From Candidatus Bipolaricaulia bacterium (lineage in GTDB: Bacteria; Bipolaricaulota; Bipolaricaulia; UBA7950; UBA9294), in assembly GCA_049643905.1 (NCBI GenBank), contig JBARQW010000108.1, positions 1 through 56,700 of the forward strand: a stretch of 56,700 bases of DNA. Direction: 5' to 3'. Of this stretch, positions 46,284-55,648 are shown in pieces. The notes beneath the pieces are model-generated. The model was not told the DNA's origin. It saw only the letters and a list, made by a program, of their open reading frames with translations, and searched no databases. Position 1 is the first letter of the stretch, and each line of letters begins with the position of its first letter. The translations under genes were made by a program, and so were the position numbers.

Positions 46284-47657
46284 ATGAAGGAGAAACTGGC
46301 GGGAATCGTCTGCGGCCTCTCTGCTGACTACGCAGATCTCCGATACGAGGTGAACCGCAAGACGAGGATCTCGTACCAGGGCGATCGGCTTGTCGAGGTC
46401 GCCTCGTACGAGACATCCGGCGGACACGTCCGCGCATACGCGAGCGGCGGAAAAGCGATTGCGTCGTTCTCGGACCCTGCGCACGCCGGACCGATGGCGG
46501 AGGCTGTAGCCGCATCCGCTCGAATCGTGGGCGACAAGAGAGACAAGCCGCTCCGGCTCGCTGACACAACGGCGATCGTCGAGAGCTTCCCGATCTCGTC
46601 GCCGCGTGACGTCCGGTCGATTCCGCTTCAGGAGAAACTCGACCTCGTCTCGCACTACAACGAGCTCATTCTGCGCGAACCGACTGTCGCCACGACCGAG
46701 GCCAATTACGACGAGTTCGTCTCACACCGGGTGTTCGTCAACAGCGAGGGGTCGGTCATCGAGTACGACATCGTCGTCGCGAACATCCTCGGTTTCATCG
46801 TGACGAAGAAGGGCGAAGTCCTCCAACGCGTGCGCTTCGCCTACGGCGGGAACGAGGATTTCGACCGCCTTCGGAACCGCGAAGACGATCTCGAGGAACG
46901 GATCGAGACGGCCCGACGCCTTCTCGACGCCGAGCCGGCCAAGGCCGGCCTGTTCCCGGTTCTTCTCGATCCGAGCGAGGCCGGCGTCTTCATCCACGAA
47001 GCCTTCGGCCACCTCTCCGAAGCGGACGGACTCCAGAACAACCCGGCGTTCCGTGCCAAGCTCACGCTCGGCACGCGTCTCGGAAGCGAGATCCTGAACG
47101 TCAGCGACGATCCGCGGCCTCCGGGGCTTCCCGGCAGCTTCCAGATCGACGACGAAGGGGTTCGCGCCGTCCGGACGCCCTTGATCACCGAAGGCGTCCT
47201 CAGCGGTCGGATGCACTCGCGAGAGACCGCCGCAGAGTTCGGCGAACCGCTGTCGGGGAACATGCGCGCCGTCGACGCGCACCACACGCCGATCGTCCGG
47301 ATGTCGAACATCTCGATCGAGGCCGGTCCGCACACGTTCGATGAGATGGTCGCCTCGATCGAGGACGGCTACTACCTCGTCGGCGCCAAGGGCGGGCAGA
47401 CCTCGGGGGACCAGTTCACGTTCGGTGCCCAATGGGGCTACAAGATCGAAGAAGGACGCCTCGGAGCGATGGTGCGCGACATCAACATGTCCGGCGAGCT
47501 CTTCTCCACGCTTCAGGCGATCTCGATGATTGGTTCCGACATCGAGTTTGGCGAGCGCGGCGGCTGCGGCAAGGGGAATCCGCAGCAATCGAATCGCCAG
47601 TCCGGGAAGGGTGCGCCGCACATCAAGATCGACCGAGTTACGATCGGAGGTGTCTGA
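46284..47657 (+). CDS. tldD: TldD-family metalloprotease
   Basis: 'VFIHEAFGHLSEAD' (HExxxH), 'GNMRA', 'GGCGKG', and a C-terminal 'APHIKIDRVTIGG'. Confidence 0.9.
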   Translation: MKEKLAGIVCGLSADYADLRYEVNRKTRISYQGDRLVEVASYETSGGHVRAYASGGKAIASFSDPAHAGPMAEAVAASARIVGDKRDKPLRLADTTAIVESFPISSPRDVRSIPLQEKLDLVSHYNELILREPTVATTEANYDEFVSHRVFVNSEGSVIEYDIVVANILGFIVTKKGEVLQRVRFAYGGNEDFDRLRNREDDLEERIETARRLLDAEPAKAGLFPVLLDPSEAGVFIHEAFGHLSEADGLQNNPAFRAKLTLGTRLGSEILNVSDDPRPPGLPGSFQIDDEGVRAVRTPLITEGVLSGRMHSRETAAEFGEPLSGNMRAVDAHHTPIVRMSNISIEAGPHTFDEMVASIEDGYYLVGAKGGQTSGDQFTFGAQWGYKIEEGRLGAMVRDINMSGELFSTLQAISMIGSDIEFGERGGCGKGNPQQSNRQSGKGAPHIKIDRVTIGGV

Positions 47658-48967
47658 TGCACAGGCTCATCGAACAAGCGAAGACGACGGTCGATCAAGC
47701 GGAGCTCTACTGGAAGCGCCTGCAAACCATTTCCGTCGAATACGAGAACACGCGTCTCCAGCAAATCACCGAGACCGATCTCTCGTCGGTCGCCCTACGT
47801 GTGATCGACGACGGCAAGATGGGATCAACCTTTGCTGTCTCGCCGGATCACGAGGGACTCGCCGCGCAAGCCAAGGCAGCCGCCGCCTACGGTGATCCTG
47901 CGACCTTCGCCTTTGCTCCGGCTGCCGACTACCCATCTGTTGATGCCTTCAGCGCTGAGACCGACGCTCTGACGAGTGAAGACCTCGTCGGGCTCTGTGA
48001 GTCGGTGAAGACGGGGATCACTGCGCTTCGAGACGACCTGCCGTTCTTCATCTCCGCTGAAACGGAGAGCGAGGAACTGACGATCGAAACGACGGAAGGG
48101 GCGGAAGCACACGGCAAGGCGAACCGCGTCTTCCTTGGATTCGGCGCCCCGATCAAGGGAGCCGGGATGTCCGTATTCAAATCCGCAAGCTCGATTTCCC
48201 CATTGATACGGCCGGACGAGCTCATCGCCGAGTTCGCCGAGTGGTACGGATGGACGGAGAAGACGTCCACGCCGGCCACGGGTAGGCTGCCCGTGATCTT
48301 TGCCCCCGGAGCCTCGTTCCTCTACTTGTTGCCTCTGTGGGCGGGCGTCGAAGGCAACGCCATCGAGAAGAAGACCTCACCTCTGCTCGATCGCATCGGA
48401 GAGCAGATCTTCTCGGAGCAGCTGAGCGTGATCGACGACCCCCTCGACCCTGTCGATCCCGGCTGTCGCCCGTTCGACGATGAGGGGGTGCCGTGTCGCC
48501 GCCGCGCCATCGTCGAGGGGGGAGTCTTGAAGGCCTACCTTCTCGACCTTCGCACCGCCGCAGCTCTCGGCAAGACATCGACCGGGAACGCGGTCAAGCG
48601 GGCGCTGTTCGGCGGCGGAACCGAGACGAAGCCCAATCCCTGGCCGATCAACCTCGCCGTCGAACCGGGCGACGTCCCGTACCGCGACATGATCGCTGGC
48701 CTCGAGGAAGGCCTTCTCGTCTACTACGGAATGGGCTTCCACTCAGGCAATTACCCTCAGGGGAAGTTCGCTGTGCAGGCGATCGGCTACCACATCAAAG
48801 GAGGGAAGGTCATCGGCCGGCTGGACAAGACGATGATCTCCTGCGACGTCTACGAGGACTTCAAACATGTCCGAGCCGTCAGCAGCGAACGGGGACGTCC
48901 CTTAAGCTTCCTCGGAGGCCCGGCGCCGTACGTCCTCGTCGATTCACTCCAGGTCGCCGGCGCCTAG
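47657..48967 (+). CDS. pmbA: PmbA/TldE-family protease partner
   Basis: 'MHRLIEQAKTTVDQAELYW', 'RPFDDEGVP', 'TGNAVKR', 'APYVLVDSLQVAG'. The ATG overlaps the tldD TGA (47655-47659). The track ORF from 47432 is over-extended. Confidence 0.85.
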   Translation: MHRLIEQAKTTVDQAELYWKRLQTISVEYENTRLQQITETDLSSVALRVIDDGKMGSTFAVSPDHEGLAAQAKAAAAYGDPATFAFAPAADYPSVDAFSAETDALTSEDLVGLCESVKTGITALRDDLPFFISAETESEELTIETTEGAEAHGKANRVFLGFGAPIKGAGMSVFKSASSISPLIRPDELIAEFAEWYGWTEKTSTPATGRLPVIFAPGASFLYLLPLWAGVEGNAIEKKTSPLLDRIGEQIFSEQLSVIDDPLDPVDPGCRPFDDEGVPCRRRAIVEGGVLKAYLLDLRTAAALGKTSTGNAVKRALFGGGTETKPNPWPINLAVEPGDVPYRDMIAGLEEGLLVYYGMGFHSGNYPQGKFAVQAIGYHIKGGKVIGRLDKTMISCDVYEDFKHVRAVSSERGRPLSFLGGPAPYVLVDSLQVAGA

Positions 48968-48990
48968 AACCCCTATTCGAATCGATTGAG

Positions 48991-49030
48991 GGGCCTCGCC
49001 CGATCGTTGGGCGAGGCCCTTGTCTTTTGT
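48991..49030 (+). terminator. Canonical Rho-independent terminator after pmbA
   Basis: GGGCCTCGCCC (48991-49001), loop gatcgtt, GGGCGAGGCCC (49009-49019), then TTGTCTTTTGT. Confidence 0.7.
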
Positions 49031-49034
49031 CTGT

Positions 49035-50168
49035 ATGTTGCTTATCTTCTCCTCTGTGTATGCCTCCTCGCGGACGCCGCCACCACGACTCAGCCTCTCC
49101 GCCACGATCCTTCTCGCGTGCGTTCTGGCGCTCGCATCGAGGATCAGTGTCGGCTCGTTTCCAGCTTCCTCCGGGGAATTCGACGCTGTCATCGTCTACT
49201 CTCCGGCGACAGGCACGCTGCAGGTCGGGAGCGAACTCACCGTGAATCTCACCCTCGGCAACTGGACGGCCTCGACCGAGACGGTCATCGAAGCGGACGC
49301 CTGGGAAGAGCAGACGTTCGCGATCGGATGGGAGATCGAGCAGATCGAGATCGACTCGACCCTCCGTTTCGAGCCGGACGAAGACCGCTTCAAGGACTGG
49401 ACAACCGGGGTCGAATGGACGTTCGGCTCGCTCGATATGGATTTCGAGTACAAGCTCACGCGTACTCGGGGATGGATGTCCCTCGACGTCGACTGGGCCT
49501 CCGATCGCGCCGAGATCGACACGCGCGTCCGCTTTCGCTCCACGGGCCCCGGTCGCCCGCATCTCTTCTACGATGCCGACATCGAAATCGGGTTCTCGCT
49601 CTGTTACGCGGAGACGTCGATCGTAATCGAGATGGACGACGATGGCTTCGACGCTCTGACGTTGGAGATAGATGAGCTGACCATCGCCAGGCTCCCGTGG
49701 TTGACGATCGACATCGAGATGGAACGCACGCTTACCGAACGTACGTTCGAGGTCGAGCCTTCGATCATCCTCGGCGGAACCTTCTGCTTCGAGATCGAGG
49801 CCGTTGGAGACGGGGACGACCACATCCTCAGCGACGTCCGTCTCACGGAGTTCGGATTCGAGTGGGACGGCTTCCCGATTGAGATCGGTGCGACCGTCTA
49901 CCTCGATCCTGACGATTGGATCGACGACCAGTACGCTGCAACGCTGGAGCTTACCCTCGAGTTCGAAGCCACACCCGACTCGATGATCAAGACGGAAGTC
50001 ACGTTCCTCTGGGCGGGCGCGCCGGCCTCCGGCTATAAACTCGCTCGAATCGCTCCTTCGATCCGCCTCGAGCTGGGGGATCGCCTCGCGGTCGGACTCG
50101 ACATCGACATGGATCTGAGCTCGCGCCAGCTGAATCGCATCGGTCTCGGGATCGAGCTTGCGTGGTGA
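49035..50168 (+). CDS. Very acidic secreted protein with about 18-20 amphipathic beta-strands (outer-membrane beta-barrel-like)
   Basis: Hydrophobic N-terminus 'RLSLSATILLACVLALAS'. Alternating strands such as 'FAIGWEIEQIEID', 'LDMDFEYKLT', 'LTIDIEMERTLT' and 'ATLELTLEFEA'. C-terminal 'GLGIELAW'. The start is uncertain, because the track start at 49020 lies inside the terminator T-tract. Confidence 0.6.
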   Translation: MLLIFSSVYASSRTPPPRLSLSATILLACVLALASRISVGSFPASSGEFDAVIVYSPATGTLQVGSELTVNLTLGNWTASTETVIEADAWEEQTFAIGWEIEQIEIDSTLRFEPDEDRFKDWTTGVEWTFGSLDMDFEYKLTRTRGWMSLDVDWASDRAEIDTRVRFRSTGPGRPHLFYDADIEIGFSLCYAETSIVIEMDDDGFDALTLEIDELTIARLPWLTIDIEMERTLTERTFEVEPSIILGGTFCFEIEAVGDGDDHILSDVRLTEFGFEWDGFPIEIGATVYLDPDDWIDDQYAATLELTLEFEATPDSMIKTEVTFLWAGAPASGYKLARIAPSIRLELGDRLAVGLDIDMDLSSRQLNRIGLGIELAW

Positions 50169-50261
50169 TGTGAGGAATCCGGGGCCGACGGCGCGACGTA
50201 GTTGTCGGCATCTTCTCGATTCGGTATCTTCCTTCCAGTCCAGATAACCATGAGGAGGGTC

Positions 50262-50885
50262 ATGGCGCAGCTTCACATCCTCGATCACCCACTGATTCAG
50301 AGCAAGCTGACTCGAATGCGCGACGTGCGCACCGACAATGAAGCGTTCCGCCAGCTGCTCGATGAGCTGACGGCGCTGATGGTCTACGAGATCACGCGCG
50401 ACTACCCACTGCGTGATCGGCAGATCGAAACCCCGCTCGAGCCGACAACTGGAAGGGGCCTGAGCGTCCCCGTTGTCCTGGTACCCATCCTACGCGCGGG
50501 CACCGGCATGCTCGGTGGCGTGCTGCATCTGATCCCGATGGCAAAGGTGGGCCACATCGGCCTCTACCGCGATCCGGACTCCCTCGAACCGGTCGAGTAC
50601 TACTGCAAGCTTCCTCCGGATCTGTCCGAGGCTCACGTCATCCTCGTCGATCCGATGCTCGCCACCGGCGGGAGCGCGGCGGCGGCAACCGACATCGTCA
50701 AGCGAGAGGGCGGAGTGCAGATCCAGTTTCTTTGCCTCGTCGCTGCTCCCGAGGGCGTCGAGACTTATTCCAAAACTCACCCGGATGTGCCGATCTACAC
50801 GGCGGCTCTTGACCGCCAACTGAACGAGAAGGGGTACATCCTCCCTGGCCTGGGCGACGCCGGGGACCGCATCTTCGGAACGTGA
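50262..50885 (+). CDS. upp: Uracil phosphoribosyltransferase
   Basis: '[13 protein letters not shown]', 'VPILRAG', PRPP loop '[13 protein letters not shown]', '[16 protein letters not shown]'. GAGGAGGG precedes the ATG at 50262. Confidence 0.95.
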   Translation: MAQLHILDHPLIQSKLTRMRDVRTDNEAFRQLLDELTALMVYEITRDYPLRDRQIETPLEPTTGRGLSVPVVLVPILRAGTGMLGGVLHLIPMAKVGHIGLYRDPDSLEPVEYYCKLPPDLSEAHVILVDPMLATGGSAAAATDIVKREGGVQIQFLCLVAAPEGVETYSKTHPDVPIYTAALDRQLNEKGYILPGLGDAGDRIFGT

Positions 50886-50922
50886 GGGCCGCCACGAGAG
50901 CTTCGTGGAACGGAGGGGGAGC

Positions 50923-51471
50923 ATGAGCGAAGAGATACGCGTCGTCGAGACCTTGGTCGTGCGAGAGAAGGCCCATCGTCGGAATCTTTGGACGATCTAC
51001 GAAGCGGCATTCCAGCAGCTGAACGAGAAAACGCCGATTCACCACGGGGGCTACTCCGAACAGCAGTTCGACGCGATTCTGCAAGACGAGGACTTCGGTA
51101 AGTTCCTCGTCTACGTCGGAGAAGCTCTGGTCGGTGCGACGCTTCTGACCAACGTCCTCACCAAGATTCCGTGGGTCAACGCCGCGTACTTCGAGAAGAT
51201 GTATCCCAACCGCTATCGCGACGGGAAGATCTTCTTCCTCCCTGCCGTCGTGATCGATCCCAAACACCAGGATCTGCGCCGGATCGGCGCCAAGCTTCTC
51301 CAGCAGGCCGTGACCACCCTCGGCGGGGACGCAGTTCTTGCCGTCGACTACTCGGAGACTCTTCGCCAGAGCCTGCCGGCGTTCGTCACGCGCGGACTCG
51401 GGATGACGTACAAGGGCGAAGTCCTGGACCGACTCGTCTATCAGATCTTCTACTACGAGGATCCGGACTGA
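50923..51471 (+). CDS. Hypothetical protein (possibly GNAT-fold)
   Basis: GGAGGGGG precedes the ATG at 50923. The only hint of family is a weak acetyl-CoA-loop-like 'HQDLRRIGAKLLQ'. Coding-like GC3. Confidence 0.5.
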   Translation: MSEEIRVVETLVVREKAHRRNLWTIYEAAFQQLNEKTPIHHGGYSEQQFDAILQDEDFGKFLVYVGEALVGATLLTNVLTKIPWVNAAYFEKMYPNRYRDGKIFFLPAVVIDPKHQDLRRIGAKLLQQAVTTLGGDAVLAVDYSETLRQSLPAFVTRGLGMTYKGEVLDRLVYQIFYYEDPD

Positions 51472-51477
51472 CCCGAT

Positions 51478-51508
51478 TGCGTTCGTCGATCAAGTAGCGA
51501 CGAACGCA
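51478..51508. terminator. 11-bp hairpin spanning the stops of two convergent genes
   Basis: TGCGTTCGTCG (51478-51488), a 9-nt loop, CGACGAACGCA (51498-51508). The 3' arm lies inside the last codons of the HAD gene. Confidence 0.4.
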
Positions 51509-52146
51509 TCGATCAGTCCGGGAAGCTGAGCGAAGTTCTCAATCACATGATCGCAGATCTCGGTGAGCCTCCGATCCTTGGGATTCGCCGCGATCGCCAG
51601 ACCGGCGAGGCTCATCGCAGGGATGTCGTTGACGTGATCGCCGACGTAGCAGACCTCGGACTCAGTCAGATCGTGCTTCGCGAGAAGCGCTCGAAACGCC
51701 TCGTCTTTTGCCCAAAGCTCGACACGCGTCTCGCTGCCACCCGTAAAGCACCCATCTGCAACTTCGAGGTGATTCGCGAGCGCGAAGTCGAGACCGAGAT
51801 CGTCCCGAACCCAGTCGGCAACAAGATCGACGCCCGAGGAGAGGATGCCGAGCCGATACCGGCCTCGCAGCACCTCGATCGCCGCCACGACCCCGTCGGC
51901 ATAGGGGGCAGGGAGCAACTGCTCCGTCACCTGCGAAACCGGGATCCCCGTGAGCAATGCGGCATCCCTCGCCACCCATTCGGGGTACGCATCGCGCCTC
52001 GGAAGGTACTCGTTGAGAAGCACCGTCGACTGCTCGCTCACGCCGGCTGCGGCCGAGAGCGCCCCCCAGGATGATTCGAACTCGACGCCGTGATAGCGAA
52101 CGAGCGTTCCATCGAGGTCGAAGATGACGGCCGAGATCTTCCCCAT
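51490..52146 (-). CDS. HAD-superfamily hydrolase (subfamily IB, phosphoserine-phosphatase-like)
   Basis: 'AVIFDLDGTLV', 'LGILSSG', 'CYVGDHVNDIPAM'. The track ORF to 52788 is over-extended across the upstream gene. Confidence 0.85.
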   Translation of the reverse strand: MGKISAVIFDLDGTLVRYHGVEFESSWGALSAAAGVSEQSTVLLNEYLPRRDAYPEWVARDAALLTGIPVSQVTEQLLPAPYADGVVAAIEVLRGRYRLGILSSGVDLVADWVRDDLGLDFALANHLEVADGCFTGGSETRVELWAKDEAFRALLAKHDLTESEVCYVGDHVNDIPAMSLAGLAIAANPKDRRLTEICDHVIENFAQLPGLIDAFVAT

Positions 52147-52150
52147 CGGC

Positions 52151-54061
52151 CTACGGGAGGAGCAGACGGTCGTTGACTTCGATCGACAACCCGTCGAGCG
52201 AACCGGCCGGAAGCTCCAGTGCGTATTGGGCCGGCTTCGCCGCTTGATAGAGTTCTTCGTTGTTCGCGAGCATCGTTTCGCGCCCGACGAGGAGCCCGTC
52301 GGCATCGAAGAACGCGATATCGAGGTCGAACAGGACGGTCTCCATCGTGAACCGGCGGTCGGCCTCCTCCTCGAACTCGAACAGGATTCCAGGGAACCCG
52401 TCGAGGAGCGCCTCCGGGAATCCGCGGAACCCGGCCCATCGTTCGAATCCCTCGACCGCATGCACCACAAGGATCTCAGCCAAACTGCCGCCCTCACGTT
52501 CGATCGTGATCTCCCTGCTCGGCAACGTGCCCAGGATTCCGAGGCCCGCCTCGCTCGGCACGATCGACGAGAGCGGCGCCACGTCATCCACGACCGACGG
52601 GTAGACGGTGATCGGGTCATCGGAGAACCCGTCCCCGTCTTCATCCACAACGGCCGTATCGCCCCAGAAGTTCCCGATACCGTCGAGCGACCAGCGATTG
52701 CCGGATCCGTGATCGAGGACCTTGGCGATCCCGTCACCGAGGAACGCGTTCTCGGTGAACGTGTTCTCGGTCGAATCGAGGTTCGCATAGACGTGACTGC
52801 CGTTATCTGAAAAGACGTTCCCGCGGAAGAGGTTCCCGCGTGTCGTCGATCTCGTGTAGGTCTCTGGGAACAGAATCCCGCGCGAATGCTGGCTCAGAAG
52901 ATTCCGCTCGATTTCGTTGAACGAGCCGTAGACCGACATGCCATACGCGCCGGCGACGACTGTGTTCTCGATGATCCGATTCTCATTCGCCCCTACGTCG
53001 AGCACAATCCCGATCTCGCAGCCGGTCACTCCGTTTCGCGCGACGAGATTCCCGATCGCCAGCTCAAGGGCGATTCCCTGCTTCGTGTTCTCGTGATAGA
53101 CGACGTTTCCGACGACTTCGTTGTCGCTCGATCCTCCTGTCAGAACGATTCCGATCACGTTGGCGAATGCGACGTTCTCCGTGATCAGATTCCGATCTGA
53201 AGCCAGCAGCCGCAGTCCGATATCGTTGGCGAGGAACTGATTCTCAACGAGTTCGTTGTCCGTCGACAGCGAAAGCTGGATCCCGGCCAGCCGATTGTTC
53301 CGAAGCGAGTTCTCGCTAAAGACGTTCCGCTCCGATCGATAGGCATGGATCCCGTGCTCGGTCAGTGCGGGCGTTGTCCGAAAGGCCTCGTTCCCGGAGA
53401 TCGTCGAATCGGTGACGAACGCAAGCTGGATCCCGTCTCCGTTGATGACGTTGTTTCCCGTAATCGTCACGTTTCGGCTGTCTGCGACCGTCAGGTGGGA
53501 CGTCGTTTCCCCCTCGATCGTCTCCCCGTCCAGCCCGTGGAGATAGACGATCGGGCGATCGTTGAAGCGATTCGTCCGGTCGATCAGATGGCGATACTCA
53601 TCGGCGAGGTCCCCTTCGACGCGAAGACCTCGGCCGCTCGCAAGGATGACGCAGTCGACCATCTCGATCCCGGTCGACGAGATGATCCTGATCCCGTTAA
53701 TCGCACCAATGATCGTGCAGTCGTCAATGCGGCCCCCGCTGGAGAAGCCGATGCGGATCGCCGAACCCTCGATGTTCGTCGCGTTGCGGATGGCAAGCCC
53801 TCGAAGCACGAAAGAACTCGTCGCATTCTCAACCTGGACTCCGTAGACGTCGTCCGGGTTGACGTCGATTTCCCATCCGGAAATCACATAGGGGTCCGCC
53901 GGCGAACCGCTTCCGGAGACGACACCGTTTTCCGTCGTGAAGTCTGAATCGCCGAGAATCTTGATCGGGCCTCGCGTATCCGCCATCGAGCCGAGTGAGA
54001 CAGTCGCGATCGCGGCGATCAGCAACAGCACGATTCGTGTCATTCGCATGGATTCGTTCAT
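52151..54061 (-). CDS. Secreted NosD/CASH-like beta-helix repeat protein with a C-terminal DUF192-like domain
   Basis: Signal 'MRMTRIVLLLIAAIATVSLGS'. At least 12 beta-helix turns ('NRLAGIQLSLSTDNELVENQFLANDIGLRLLASDRNLITENVAFANVIGIVL'). 'GNFWGDTAVVDEDGDGFSDD'. Tail 'RFTMETVLFDLDIAFFDADGLLV...YALELPAGS'. Candidate starts at 54061, 54049 and 54043. Confidence 0.75.
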   Translation of the reverse strand: MNESMRMTRIVLLLIAAIATVSLGSMADTRGPIKILGDSDFTTENGVVSGSGSPADPYVISGWEIDVNPDDVYGVQVENATSSFVLRGLAIRNATNIEGSAIRIGFSSGGRIDDCTIIGAINGIRIISSTGIEMVDCVILASGRGLRVEGDLADEYRHLIDRTNRFNDRPIVYLHGLDGETIEGETTSHLTVADSRNVTITGNNVINGDGIQLAFVTDSTISGNEAFRTTPALTEHGIHAYRSERNVFSENSLRNNRLAGIQLSLSTDNELVENQFLANDIGLRLLASDRNLITENVAFANVIGIVLTGGSSDNEVVGNVVYHENTKQGIALELAIGNLVARNGVTGCEIGIVLDVGANENRIIENTVVAGAYGMSVYGSFNEIERNLLSQHSRGILFPETYTRSTTRGNLFRGNVFSDNGSHVYANLDSTENTFTENAFLGDGIAKVLDHGSGNRWSLDGIGNFWGDTAVVDEDGDGFSDDPITVYPSVVDDVAPLSSIVPSEAGLGILGTLPSREITIEREGGSLAEILVVHAVEGFERWAGFRGFPEALLDGFPGILFEFEEEADRRFTMETVLFDLDIAFFDADGLLVGRETMLANNEELYQAAKPAQYALELPAGSLDGLSIEVNDRLLLP

Positions 54062-54278
54062 AAGAAGCACACCACCCCGAAGAACGCAGTTTTCGGCCAT
54101 TATAGTCCGGCCCCCATCCACCGGCAATCGAGTTAGAAACGCGCCTGACCCGACATCGAACAGCTTCTTAGGAATCTTACTCGAGCGCCTTGTTCGGGCA
54201 GTGAGGCCCACGTGGCAGCTTTGTGAAGAACGCCAACTGACCTCGTCTTCCGCTGACGTGAGCGACGTCCTTCAAACG

Positions 54279-55322
54279 ATGGAAACCGAAGAGCACGTCG
54301 ACGCAGCCGACACGTACGATCTTGACATGACCCGCACCAAGTCGCTTTCTACTCTCGCCTCCGCTCTGACGATCATCACCGCGATTGCCTTCTTCTCCGC
54401 CGAGCGAACCGCGCCGCCCGCCTCCGCTTCGAACCCCGGTAGCGGCCGTGTCGGCGTCTACTTGACGTCCCACGCCCTCGCAATCCCGGAAGTCGTCCGC
54501 GGCTTCCTCGAGGCTCGAGAGGCGGGGAAGCTCGACGCCTTGGTCATCAACGTCAAGAACATGCACGGCGAGGTGACCTACGCGACGGAGATCCCACTCG
54601 CCCGCCGGATCGGCGCAGCAGCCGAGAGGATCGACTTCACGCTCCTCCTCCCCGAGCTGCAGCGCCGCGGCTTCTACCTGATCGCCAGGCAGGTCGTCTT
54701 CTTCGATCCGCTCCTGGCCGCACACCTCGGACGGACCGAGGACTGGATCCCCGCCGATGACGAGACGGCGACGGCCTACAATCTGGCGATCGCCGAAGAG
54801 GTGGCGACGTTCGGGTTCGACGAGATCCAGTTCGACTACATCCGGTTCGAGGACGATGGAGAGCTGCTCGCCGCCTACGAAGAGCGCTATGAGGCGGTCG
54901 AGAACTTCCTCGCAGAGGCCTCCAGACGACTCGCCGGGCGGGTCGCACTTTCCGCCGATCTGTTCGGCCGCGTCCTGTGGCCGTGGAACGAGCGAAGGAT
55001 CGATCCGATCGGCCAGTCGCTTGAGGGGGTCTGCCCTCACGTCGATTACGTTTCGCCGATGCTCTATCCGTCTCACTACGTCGAGGAAACCTACCAAAAC
55101 GACCCCTACAGGGTTGTGATGGACGCGCTGACTGGTGCGCGAGAGCGGGTCGTGGCTCGCTTCAGGCCGTTTCTTCAGGCGTTCGACATGAGGCTCCCGA
55201 CGAACATGGCGCTGGAGACCTACATCAAGGAGCAGATTCGGGCCGCGAACGACGCCGGCGCCGACGGATACCTCTTCTGGCATCCTGCCTGCGACTACAC
55301 CGCTCTCTACAACGTCCTCTAG
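54279..55322 (+). CDS. Putative glycoside-hydrolase-like TIM-barrel protein (DUF4015/GHL-type)
   Basis: TM anchor 'LSTLASALTIITAIAFFSA'. 'LVINVKNMHGEVTY', 'GFDEIQFDYIRF', 'VDYVSPMLYPSHY'. The alternative ATG at 54327 is possible. The track start at 53937 overlaps the divergent gene. Confidence 0.7.
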   Translation: METEEHVDAADTYDLDMTRTKSLSTLASALTIITAIAFFSAERTAPPASASNPGSGRVGVYLTSHALAIPEVVRGFLEAREAGKLDALVINVKNMHGEVTYATEIPLARRIGAAAERIDFTLLLPELQRRGFYLIARQVVFFDPLLAAHLGRTEDWIPADDETATAYNLAIAEEVATFGFDEIQFDYIRFEDDGELLAAYEERYEAVENFLAEASRRLAGRVALSADLFGRVLWPWNERRIDPIGQSLEGVCPHVDYVSPMLYPSHYVEETYQNDPYRVVMDALTGARERVVARFRPFLQAFDMRLPTNMALETYIKEQIRAANDAGADGYLFWHPACDYTALYNVL

Positions 55323-55648
55323 GACCCCGTCACCGCAGAGGGCGCAAGAGAGGATCGCAAGCAAGCCAGAGGGAAGAGAAGCCGGCTTGGGGATCCTGAG
55401 AGCATCAGGAACGCTGCCTTACGTGTCATCCGCCCCATCTCCTCGACTCCGCCATCTCCTGTCCTTCTACGTTTCCTCTGCGTGCCTCTGCGCCCTCCGC
55501 CGTAGCATTCCTCATCCTTCGTGATTGTTTTCTGTTCAAGCTTCGCGTGCTTCTGCGATCTCGGCGGTTCAGGTTTGTCCGTCTCCCTGGCCGGAGCTTT
55601 CGTCCATCGGATACGATCAGGCCTCAAGTCGAAGATAGATAGGACCCC

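Noticed and set aside
48879-50288. 469-aa minus-strand ORF
   Set aside because: It is antisense to the acidic beta-barrel-like gene. It is Arg-rich, runs through the pmbA terminator and into the upp upstream region, and has no motifs.
54177-55364. 395-aa minus-strand ORF, and likewise 55919..56692 (257 aa) and 45127..46245 (372 aa)
   Set aside because: These are antisense shadows of the DUF4015-like gene, tgt and the MFS transporter respectively.
55319-55438. 39-codon minus-strand ORF 'MGRMTRKAAFLMLSGSPSRLLFPLAC...' with tandem GGAGATGG repeats upstream
   Set aside because: The hydrophobic core is interrupted ('SGSPSR'), the lipobox is non-canonical, and the region is simply the purine-rich complement of a CT-rich spacer. 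Evidence for a gene is insufficient.
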